From: Fonticula alba ATCC 38817 | Lineage: Eukaryota; Protista; Nucleariida | Assembly: GCA_000388065.2 (NCBI GenBank) | Contig: KB932204.1 | Reading direction: 5' to 3' (one strand) | Length of the DNA stretch: 14,197 nt | Shown: piece by piece, positions 1-9,174 of the stretch | Layout of the letters: every line of letters begins with the position of its first letter | How positions within the stretch are numbered: position 1 is the first letter of the stretch | Notes under the pieces: generated by a model | What the model saw: only the letters and a program-made list of their open reading frames with translations | The model's database searches: none | Told to the model about the DNA's origin: nothing | Translations under genes and position numbers: made by a program

Positions 1-122
1 GTCAAGGTCATCTGGGTGCCACGTTTCTCGCTCCGGAAACGTCCTCACTTGACTAGCCAAGAGTCCCCCCTCCCCCCCTTTTGCCTTTCATGGTACGCTG
101 CGGGCCTCTCCGTGACACCCCC

Positions 123-146
123 CCGCCGCCGCCGCCGCCGCCGCCG
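123..146 (+). repeat. (CCG)8 microsatellite
   Basis: Read directly. Confidence 0.9.
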
Positions 147-217
147 CGCCCTGCACTTGCGCACGCACACACGCACGCACGCCGAAACACACTAAACCCC
201 CGCCGCCGCCCACCCTA

Positions 218-239
218 CACACACACACACACACACACA
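218..239 (+). repeat. (CA)11 microsatellite ending in CAG
   Basis: Read directly. Confidence 0.95.
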
Positions 240-1128
240 GTCCGCGCAGTGCCTCGAGTGTGCTCGTTCTTCGATCCCCTCGAGCTAGCGCCCCCCGTGT
301 GCTTTTCGGAGGCAGATCCTTTCCGGTCACCCCTCCCCCCCCCCTTCTCGCCACTTTCCGTGGATCAGCTCTTGCAGAGCCACCCTCCCCGTCACAAGGC
401 GGTGGTAGAGGTCGTGGCGGCGGCCAAACGGGCCGACCCCCTTCCCTTTCCACCCCACCCTTAGCTTTTATCTCGGAAAAAGCAAGATCCGGCCCTCGCC
501 CACTCCACCCCCCCCCCCCCCCGCGCAGGCCATCTTTTCTGAGCTAATCGCTATCTTAGAGTGGTTTTTTTCGCTGTTTCGACAGAGTGCATCCCTCCCG
601 CCCTCCTGTCCCCACCCCTCTTGGACCTTCCATCCAGAACAGCCCCCCGTGTGAGTGAGTCCCACCCCGTGTGAACCCTCTCGCCACAGCAACAGAGCGC
701 CCCTTTTCCCGTGCACGCGAGCCCCCCCCCCNNNNNNNNNNNNNNNNNNNNNNNNNNNNNNNNNNNNNNNNNNNNNNNNNNNNNNNNNNNNNNNNNNNNN
801 NNNNNNNNNNNNNNNNNNNNNNNNNNNNNNNNNNNNNNNNNNNNNNNNNNNNNNNNNNNNNNNNNNNNNNNNNNNNNNNNNNNNNNNNNNNNNNNNNNNN
901 NNNNNNNNNNNNNNNNNNNNNNNNNNNNNNNNNNNNNNNNNNNNNNNNNNNNNNNNNNNNNNNNNNNNNNNNNNNNNNNNNNNNNNNNNNNNNNNNNNNN
1001 NNNNNNNNNNNNNNNNNNNNNNNNNNNNNNNNNNNNNNNNNNNNNNNNNNNNNNNNNNNNNNNNNNNNNNNNNNNNNNNNNNNNNNNNNNNNNNNNNNNN
1101 NNNNNNNNNNNNNNNNCCCCCCCCCCCC

Positions 1129-1156
1129 GTTCCCCGTTCCCCGTTCCCCGTTCCCC
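1129..1156 (+). repeat. (GTTCCCC)4 tandem repeat
   Basis: Four exact 7-mers at 1129, 1136, 1143 and 1150, just after the gap and a C-run. Confidence 0.9.
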
Positions 1157-1276
1157 CACGGCTGCCGGTGATCCCACCGAAATAGCGCGCACCAGAAAGA
1201 GAGCCCCCCGACGCAGTATAGTAGCAGTATAGCCCACCGCCCGCCCTCTCGAGATCTCGGACCCCCCCGCCTCCCG

Positions 1277-2456
1277 ATGGATTTTCTTCCCGATAAGTAC
1301 CTGCGCGAGCTGCGTCCCGATCGCCCAACATGGCCACTTTCCTCCACCCCCACCACGGCCCCGTCACACCTGGGCGCCAGTCCGCCGGGCTCCTCCTCCT
1401 CCTACCAGTCGGCGGACCATGCCAGGTCGCCTCTCCTGGCACGCTCGTCGATGAGCTCTTCTTCATCGACGGATGCCACTGAGTCGGGCTCGGACCCCCG
1501 GCCCCCGGGCTCCTACTCCCCCCTCCCTCCCCAACACCACCACGCGCCGCTGGCCGGCGGCCCGCCGGCCTCCGACACGGCATACCTGTCCTCCTCCTAT
1601 GCCTCGGGCAGCTCGTCCGCCTGCTCGATCGGCGGGGGCCCGGGCGGCGGCTTCTCCGACCTGTCGTCGGATGGCGTGCCGACCGCCCCCAACAGCGGCC
1701 ACGCCTCGCCCGCGGCGCACCTGTCCTCTCCCTATGACCGGGACCCGGGGCTGGCCGCTCTGGCTGGCGCCTCGCCGGCGCACTCGCCCCAGGTGACCGC
1801 CACCGACAGCGACGACCTGGACGATCTGGACCTCGGCTCGCATGATGTCCTGTCGCCGGAATCGCCGCTCCTGGCATCGGACACCGATGCCCTGAAGCAG
1901 CGCCCGGTGCACCTGCTCAACCAGCCGGACCCTCATCTGGAGGGCATGCTGACGGCCGGGGCCGCCCTCGGCAGCGGGGTGGCCGGCACACAGGCCGCCG
2001 CCGCCGCCTCCTCCTCCTCGCGCGGAGGCGGCGCCAAGAAGCGCAAGTCCGGCGGCGCCCCCGGGCCCGGCGGCGGCGGGGCCAAGGCCCCGCGCAAGGG
2101 CAAAAAACTCGGCCCCACCGGCAAGGACCCCAGCAAGGACCCGGGCAAGAGCCCCCCCGCCGATGACGAGGACGACGAGGATGTCGATGAGGATGCCGCC
2201 ATCCTCACCATCCAGGAGGCCGTCTTCCTGGTGTTCTCCTTCTGGCGCGCGGTGGCCTTCTGGGCCTCCATCATCCTGACGGCCGGCATTGCCGGGCTCT
2301 ACTTCTACTGGTTCCCCCGCGAGGCGGCCCTCTTCCGCTACCGGGCCGTGCCCTTTGACAGCCTGGAGGCGGACTTCGTGGTCATCACGGCCAAGTCCGA
2401 CAAGAAGATCTTCCTCACTCGCCTTGAGGGTCTCAACCCCTCGGCTTTGGTTGACG
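1277..2456 (+). CDS. ATP13A: P5B ATPase exon 1 (long disordered N-terminus plus P5 N-terminal membrane hairpin)
   Basis: ATG at 1277 opens a frame with C/G-ending codons. Ser/Pro/Gly-rich stretch, then hydrophobic [32 protein letters not shown] resembling the P5B N-terminal segment (ILTxGL..W.P). Donor G|GTGCGT at 2457 is phase 1 and matches the acceptor at 3099. Start codon and exact donor are inferred without transcripts. Confidence 0.75.
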
Positions 2457-3045
2457 GTGCGTGCTGTGGCCAGCTTTCCGGTTCCGCCCCCCCCCCCCCC
2501 AGGGGGTGGGTTAGGGCGAGGTCTCACGTGAACGCGCCTTGGCCCACACATCATGCTCACATAGCCACATGTGCCTGGGCGCCGCCCTTTGTTGCTGTAC
2601 GCACGGACCCCCTGTGTGTGTGTGTGTGTGTGTCCCCCTCCGCGCCCCCCCCCCCCCCCCCCCCCGCGTAAGGGGGCTCCGAGAGAGCCCCCCGCCCCGC
2701 CGCGGCCGGGAGCGCACATGGCCGGGGCAGGCACGCCCCCGCGCACGCGCGCCCGTGAACACCCCCGCTCCCAGGGCGGCTCGTCTGCCCCCCAGGCCGT
2801 CCGAGTGTGTGCCCGAGTGTGTGCCCCACCGCGGCCTCTCCACCGTACAGGGGCAGGAAGGGAGAGGCCGCCCAACTCCAGCCTTTGATGAGGAAAAGCT
2901 CTCGCCCGAGGCACTTCTCTCTGGTGAGGGGAAGATCTTTGACATTGCTGTGCGTCCCCCCNNNNNNNNNNAGATCTTTGACATTGCTGTGCGTCCCCCC
3001 CCCCCCCCCCGCCCCCCCCCCCCCCCCCTGCCCCCCCCCTCTGCT

Positions 3046-3078
<33 letters not shown>

Positions 3079-6000
3079 CGTGTGTGTACGCGCGCGTAGG
3101 CTGGCAGGCGGTCTGGGATCTGCGGCGCTTCTGCGCCAGCCCGGACACCCATCCGGCCGTGTCGTTTGCCGCCCTGCCCCGGTCCTTCGTCTGGCGCTAC
3201 GAGCGCTTCTGGTTCATCCCCTCGGCCAACCACTGGGCCCGGTGCGGGTTCGTCGCCGACACCGGGCTCGGCCCCGTGTCCCAGGCCCTGGCCGAGCAGG
3301 CGCGCGCCGGCGTCGTCACCGGCGACCCGAGCCGCACCTCGGCCGGTGACATTCACCGGGTGGCCGCTCGGCGCCTGGCGGACCTCGGCTCGGCCGAGTC
3401 GGTGGAGCTGGCCCCGCTGCCGGCGCTGACCCCCTGCGAGTCGGCCGCCGGCATGTCGCCCATCGGGGCGGCCACCTCGTCGGACATGCTGCTGGAGCGG
3501 CTGTTTGCCTCGTGCTCGGCCTCCCTGCCGGAGGACCTGACCCAGCGCGCGGCCCTCCTGTCGACCCTGCGCGACTTGGTGTACGGTCGGAATGAGCTGC
3601 GCGTCCTGTCGGAGCCCCTCTGGTCGCTCTTCATGTCGGAGCTGCTCCAGCCGTTCTTCGTCTTCCAGCTGTTCAGTATCATTGTGTGGTACACACAGGT
3701 GCGCCATGTGTGGACACCCCCCTGCGCGGGGCATCAGTTGCCTGGAGGGGGGGTTCATCTGTCCTCCTCCCTTCCTGCTTGCTCCTCCGCGCTGGGGGGT
3801 CTCGCCGCTCGTCAGTCTGCCCTTACGCGCCCCGGTGGAGACACACATACTCACACACGCACACGCACACGCACACGCACACGCACACGCACACACACAC
3901 GCACACACACACGCACACACACACACACACACAGCTGTACACCTCGTACGCCACCATCATTGCCATCCTCACGCTCATCGGTATCGCGCGCAACACCTAC
4001 ACGCGTCGGGCCAACCTGCTGGCCGTCGAGCGGATGGTCTGCACCGAGTCCACCGTGCAATACATGCGCGGTGGTGTGTCCTTCGCGGCGGTCAGCACCG
4101 ACCCCCCGGCCGATGGCAGCAAGCCCGGCACGCCCCGGGCCACCACCGGGGCCCCGGGGCCGGTGCTGCAATTTGAGCGCGTGGCCGACAGCTCCGGGCG
4201 CCTGGTCCCCGGTGATGTGGTCATCCTGGAGCCGGGCATGGTCCTGCCATGCGACATCGTCCTGCTGGCCGGCCACTGCATGGTCAACGAGGCCATGCTC
4301 ACCGGCGAGAGTATGCCCATGTTGAAGACCTCGCTGGAGCTGGACCCCGAGGGCCGGGCCTCCTTCGACCCATCGTCCTCCGGGGCTGGCGGTCGGCGGA
4401 TTCTCTTTGCCGGCACGCGGGTGCTGCAGGCCCGGGGGTCGGCCGCTCCGCCGCCCGGGGCGCTGCACCCCCCGGGGGTGGCCCCCTCGCAGGCCAGCAT
4501 CTCCAGCGTGTGGTCCTTCAGCTCGGAGGTGGGCAGCGAGCCCGGGGCTCCGCCGGCGCTGCCGCCCTGCGGCATGGTCCTGCGCACGGGCTTCTCCACC
4601 GAGCAGGGCCGCATGGTGCGGGCCATCCTCTTCCCGAAGCCCTCCAAGTTCGACTTCACCTCGCAAACGTACCGCTTCATGTGGCTGCTCTTTGCCGGGC
4701 TGGTGCTCGGGTGTGTGGCCCAGGTGGCCATCTACATCCGCCATGGCGAGCACATTGGCAAGATCATCGCCGATTGCCTGAACTTGGTGACCATCGCCGT
4801 GCCGCCGACCCTGCCGCTGGCCTTGACCTTCGGCATTGCGGCGTCCTACTCGCGCCTGCAAGCCCGGCACCTGTACTGCACCAACACCGATCGCATTGCG
4901 GCCGCCGGCCGCGTCAACTGCCTGGCCTTCGACAAGACCGGCACCCTGACCGAGGATGGCCTGACGCTGCGCGGCGTGTGCGGCGTCATGCCGGAGGCCG
5001 GCGATGCCGCCGCGTCGGCCCCGAGCCACCGGCAGCCGCTGGTCATGGCCCCCCTGTCGTCGAACCTCAATGACCTGATGGCCGGCGCGCAGGCGGCCGC
5101 CGAGGCGGTGGCCGCGGCCAACGGCGCCAGCCATGGCAGCCGCCACGCCCAGCAGCAGCAGCAGCAGGAGGACCTGCTGCTCCCGCGGGTGGCCTCGTCG
5201 CTCAGCGGCCTGGCTCTGTCGCACACGCTGGTGGCCTGCCACTCGGTGGCCCACTTGGAGGAAGATCCGGATGTGCCCTCGGGCGCGGTGCCGGTGCCGT
5301 CATCGTCGGCGGCCATCGCCGCCGCGGCCGCGCGCTCTCGCTCCAACACCCGCGCCTCGGGCATCTTCAACAGCAACAATGCCGTGGAGCCGGCCCCGGC
5401 GCCGGCCCCGCCACGCCTGATCGGCGACCCGCTGGAGGTGGCCATCTTCGAGCGGTCCGGCTGGCAGATGCTCACCCGGCCGGATGAGGTGCCCTCGGCG
5501 GGGCCCTCCGCCGGGAACCGGGCCACCTCGTCGCCCGGGGCCGCGGCCTTCCTGGCCGCCGGGGTTCTGGATGCCGGTGGCTACCAGCAGCAGTCGGCCT
5601 GCTCGTACATCATGAGCAGCAACCATGGCGGGTCCCCCGGGCCCGGGGGGGGCGCCATCGGGTCTTCCTCCCTCGGTGTGTACAATTGCCCGACGCTCAT
5701 TTGGCAGCACCCGATGCTGCCGAATGTGGCAGAGACGGTCTTCCTGCCGCCGGCTCCGGCCATGCCGGAGTACCCCCCCTCCGGCCGGCCATCCATCAGC
5801 GAGTACTTCTCGGACTTCGGGGCCGACAATGTCGGCGACCTGGCTGCCGACGATGCTGCTACGGCGGCCAGCGTGCCGAATGCCCTGGCGGTCTTGCGCC
5901 GGTTCGAGTTCGATCCCGATCTCCGGCGCATGTCGTCCATCATCCTGGACATTCCGCTGGGTGGTGGGGTCGCCACCGGGGGGGATCCGGCCGACCGGAC

Positions 6001-6925
6001 CTCCATCCCGCGGCTGCTGGTGAAGGGTGCGCCGGAAACCCTGCGGGCCCTCTGCCGGCCGGAGACCATTCCTCGCGACTTTGAGGCATCGCTGGCGTCG
6101 CTGGCGTCGCAGGGGTACCGGGTGCTGGCGGCCGCGTGGCGGCCGTTGGATGACCCGGCCGAGGCCGAGGCCGCCATCAAGGGCGGCCTGGCCGATGCCG
6201 ATCGCGCGCGCCTCGAATGTGGCCTGCTCTTTTGCGGCCTGCTGGTGTTGGAGAACCGGCTGAAGCGCGAAACCGTGGCCCACCTGGAGGCCTACTCGCG
6301 GGCCGGCATGCGGCTGATGATGGTCACCGGGGACAATGCCCTGACGGCGGTGGCCGTGGCCCGGCGCTGTGGCCCGGGCTTCGTGCGCCCGGACCGGCAG
6401 TGCTTCATCCTCGATGTGGAGGGGGGCGATGGGGGCGAAACGTCGCACGGAGCCGGCGAAGCGCCTCGGCGCATTCTCATGACCGACTCCTCGGATGCCG
6501 ACCGGGTGTTCGACCTGGACGACTTCCTGGCCCAGAGCGGCGAGCCGGTCTTCCGCCAGTACTCCGCCTCGATGACGCGCCTGGGGGGCTTCACCCCGGC
6601 GGCCGGACGCAAGTCGGCCCTGGGCGCCATGCTGCCCAGCAGCTTCGATGTGGATCTCTCGGTGACCGGGACCGCCTTCGCGGCGCTGGTGGCCCGGCAC
6701 TTGGAGCTGGCGGCGCTGGCGGCCGCGGCCGAGGTGGCTTCGGTCGCGGCCGCGGCCTCCACCACCCCCTCGCTTTCGCGCATGTCCTCGCAATTTGACC
6801 TGTCCGGCTTGGCCGAGGGCGACACCGGGGAGCACCCGCTGCAGGGTGGCCTGGCGGCCCTTTCCCCGGATGCATGCCTGCAGCTGTTCGAGAAGCAGCT
6901 CCACAATGCGGATGCCCTGGTGCTC

Positions 6926-6957
<32 letters not shown>

Positions 6958-8494
6958 GGACGAGGGGGATCGCCCCGGTGGCCGCCGTGGCCCCCTGCCG
7001 AAAAGCCACAACCTGGTGGCGCACTACGGCCGGCCGGCCACGCCGCTGGAGCTGGTCCTCTCGCGGGCCGGCGTCTTTGCCCGGATGTCCCCGCAGCAGA
7101 AGCAGTCCCTGGTCCGGCGCTTGCAGGACCTGGGCCTGGTGGTGTGCATGACCGGCGATGGTGCCAATGACTCCGGGGCCTTGAAGGCCGCCGACGTGGG
7201 CATCAGCATCGCCAGCGCCCCCCCGGCCTCCGGGCCGATTGACGCGGACCCGGACCAGACGGACCCGGACCATGCGCACTCCGGCGGCCCGGGCACCGGG
7301 GCCTCGACCGGGGGCGATGTCGACCCGGAGGCCGCCCCTCCGGCGGCGCCGGAGGAGGCCACCGAGCCCACCGGCGCCTCGGCGGCCCCCTCCATCGCGG
7401 CGCCCTTCGCCACGCGGCTGCACCACATCGGCGCCGTGGCCACCGTCCTGTCGGAGGGCCGCAATGCCCTGGTGACCTCCTTCTCCCTGTTCAAGTTCAT
7501 GTTCCTCTATGGGTTCGTGCAGTTTGTGGCGGTGCTCCTGCTGTATGTCAACCTGCTGGAGTTCGCCGATGTGCAGTACATCTTCGCGGATTTGGTGCTG
7601 GTGCTGGGGCTGGCGGCGGCCTTGCCGACGCTGCGGACCTCGCGCTCGGTCAGCCGGTCCCGGCCCCAGGGGGACCTGCTGACGCCGGCGGTCCTGCGCA
7701 GTGTCATCGGCCATGTGTTCATCCTGGTGGGCTTCCAGGTGCTTCAGTGGTGGTTCTACCGGACCCGAAACCACTATGTCATGCCGGACCCCCTGGACCC
7801 GGGGTACAGCCCCCTGCGCACGGAGGTCGGCTCGACGCTCTTCATGTTCTCGGCCTTCCAGTATCCCTCGGTGGCGGCGACCATGGCCCAGAGCTTCGGT
7901 GTCCACCGCGAGCGCGGCTTCCGCAGCCCCTGGTTCATGGTGTCGCTCATTGGCCTGATCGGGTGCTGCCTGGTGGTGACGCTGGTGGAGTCGGACTTCC
8001 TGGGGAACCTCTTCTCCCTGCGGTACACTCCGATCGGCTACCGGGTGAGCATCATCATCCTGGCGGCCTTCAACATGGCGGCGCACATCCTCTGGGAGCG
8101 CCTGGCCGTGCCCCGGCAATCGACCGAGCCCGAGCCGCTGTCCGACACCGACCACCTGATTGGCCTGCTGAATGTGCAGGCGCGCCAGGCGGCGGCGGCG
8201 GCGGCGGCTGCTGCTGCCGCGGCCGCGGCCGCGGCCCAGCTCGGCGACGATGGGCACTGCCCGACGGCCGACCCGTCGTCCTCGTATCCGCGTCTGCCCC
8301 GGCCCCCGGTGCCGGACTGGCGCCCGACCGTGGACCTCGGCCTGTCCAAGTGGTTCTTGCGCCGGCGTCACGAGCGCGACCCGACCGCCCCGACCGAGGT
8401 CAAGCTGCCGCAGTTTGCCCTGGACGCTCGTGTGGCCGACCAGGTGTTCACCCGCCGCCCGGCCCTGTCGTTCGGCTATTCGTCCATCAACTAG
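1277..8494 (+). CDS. ATP13A: P5B-type P-ATPase (ATP13A2-5/Ypk9-like putative polyamine transporter), 3 coding exons join(1277..2456,3100..3698,3935..8494), 2112 aa
   Basis: Motifs in order: A-domain [13 protein letters not shown] (TGES 4301-4312), M4 VPPTLP (PPTLP 4802-4816), phosphorylation site FDKTGTLT (DKTGT 4931-4945), GDPLE, VKGAPE (KGAPE 6023-6037), MVTGDN (TGDN 6326-6337), [20 protein letters not shown] (GDGAND 7154-7171), M5 [19 protein letters not shown] and M6 QYIFADL. M4, M5 and M6 are of P5B type, not P5A (PPELP, QGRC, QAT). Exon lengths 1180+599+4560=6339 join in frame. Symbol is family-level; the specific paralogue cannot be assigned. Confidence 0.95.
2613..2632 (+). repeat. 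(TG)10 microsatellite in intron 1
   Basis: Read directly. Confidence 0.95.
2995..3074 (+). repeat. Nearly pure poly-C tract (about 80 nt)
   Basis: C-runs interrupted by a few G/T bases; exact homopolymer lengths are unreliable. Confidence 0.85.
3100..3698 (+). CDS. ATP13A: P5B ATPase exon 2 (N-terminal domain to M1)
   Basis: TAG acceptor at 3097-3099. Encodes [10 protein letters not shown] and [28 protein letters not shown] (family YG.N and P..FQ.FS..W pattern). Ends CAG|GTGCGC, phase 0. Confidence 0.9.
3699..3934 (+). other. Intron 2 of P5B ATPase (236 nt, phase 0)
   Basis: GTGCGC donor, branch-like TACTCAC at 3848-3854, CA-rich repeat, CAG acceptor. Removal restores the conserved M1-M2 loop. 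Confidence 0.92.
3841..3933 (+). repeat. Compound (CA)n/(CACACG)n microsatellite in intron 2
   Basis: Read directly; abuts the acceptor AG. Confidence 0.95.
3935..8494 (+). CDS. ATP13A: P5B ATPase exon 3 (M2 to C-terminus)
   Basis: CAG acceptor at 3932-3934, phase 0. The junction gives WYTQ|LYTSYA, matching the family W..x.Y..YA loop. Contains all catalytic motifs; TAG stop at 8492-8494. Confidence 0.95.
5150..5167 (+). repeat. Coding (CAG)6, poly-Gln
   Basis: In-frame QQQQQQ in the N-domain insertion. Confidence 0.9.
6926..6955 (+). repeat. Coding (GAT)10, poly-Asp
   Basis: Ten perfect GAT codons followed by EDEGD. Confidence 0.95.
8189..8236 (+). repeat. Coding (GCN)16, poly-Ala
   Basis: 16 Ala codons (GCG x6, GCT x3, then alternating GCC/GCG) in the C-terminal tail. 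Confidence 0.9.
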
Positions 8495-9084
8495 TTCGCC
8501 GCAGTGGCACTTGCGGCCGCTGCTGGCTGTGTGTGCGCGCGCTTGGCGGCGCCCATCCTCCGGTGAGATGTGGGGGCCCAGGTGGGGCGAGGAGGGGCAA
8601 GTGTTCCCGCCTTTTGTGTGGGCCGCGCCGCCCTCTCTTCTCTCCCTCTCCCCCGTGTGTTGGAAATACATTTTTTTATCACCGCAACAACCGGAGCACA
8701 GCGGGACCGGCGGCGAGGGGGCTGCGTATTGCGGGCAAGGGGCCACGGACGCATACACACGCACACACACAGAGGGGTGATCCCNNNNNNNNNNNNNNNN
8801 NNNNNNNNNNNNNNNNNNNNNNNNNNNNNNNNNNNNNNNTCGGTGTCTCGCGCGGCGCAATGAACTAGCACGCGCGGCGCACAGGCGCGCCCCAGGGGGC
8901 CCCGCCGCTCCGGGATTCAAAGGAGAAAGGGGGACGGGAAAAAAAACCAGAGGAGGGAGGACAGGGAGGGTGCGCGCGCATGGTACAACAAGTGTCGGGG
9001 AGGCCGGGGAAGGGGGGGGAGGGGGGAGACACACACACACGAAGGACGGAACACCGGGGGTGGCTGGAACGCGAAAGGGCAATG

Positions 9085-9087
<3 letters not shown>

Positions 9088-9126
<39 letters not shown>

Positions 9127-9128
9127 GA
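9088..9128 (+). repeat. (GA)n microsatellite between the two genes' stop codons
   Basis: Read directly; one interruption. Confidence 0.9.
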
Positions 9129-9174
9129 ACGCGGCGCGAGGACACGACACAACGAGGAGCCGGCGGAGGGCCTT

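Larger units (their letters stand above)
2457..3099 (+). other. Intron 1 of P5B ATPase (GT-AG, phase 1; contains 10-N gap)
   Basis: GTGCGT donor, TAG acceptor, (TG)10 and poly-C tracts; in-frame TAA at 2669-2671 if unspliced. May hide a small exon (see findings). Confidence 0.7.

Noticed and set aside
1-731. Short ORFs upstream of the ATPase (81..464, 88..453, 260..547)
   Set aside because: Built from CCG, CA and C-run repeats, with no recognisable domain or coding bias.
1129-1156. (GTTCCCC)4 as an interstitial telomere or CRISPR repeat
   Set aside because: The G-strand unit is GGGGAAC, not TTGGGG or TTAGGG-like; there are no spacers and no cas genes.
2933-3000. Exact 29-nt direct repeat flanking a 10-N gap
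   Set aside because: The identical sequence on both sides of a minimal gap, ending in a C-run, is the signature of unmerged overlapping contig ends, not a target-site duplication. True intron 1 is probably about 39 nt shorter.
3686-3934. ORF-track start of the 1602-aa ORF and its HTHTHT stretch
   Set aside because: This is intron 2 read through in frame; the His-Thr repeat is the CA microsatellite.
4802-4816. Assignment as P5A (Spf1/ATP13A1) or a Ca2+/heavy-metal pump
   Set aside because: M4 is PPTLP, not PPELP, PEGL or CPC; M5 EGR.ALVTSF..FK and M6 Q...D match P5B.
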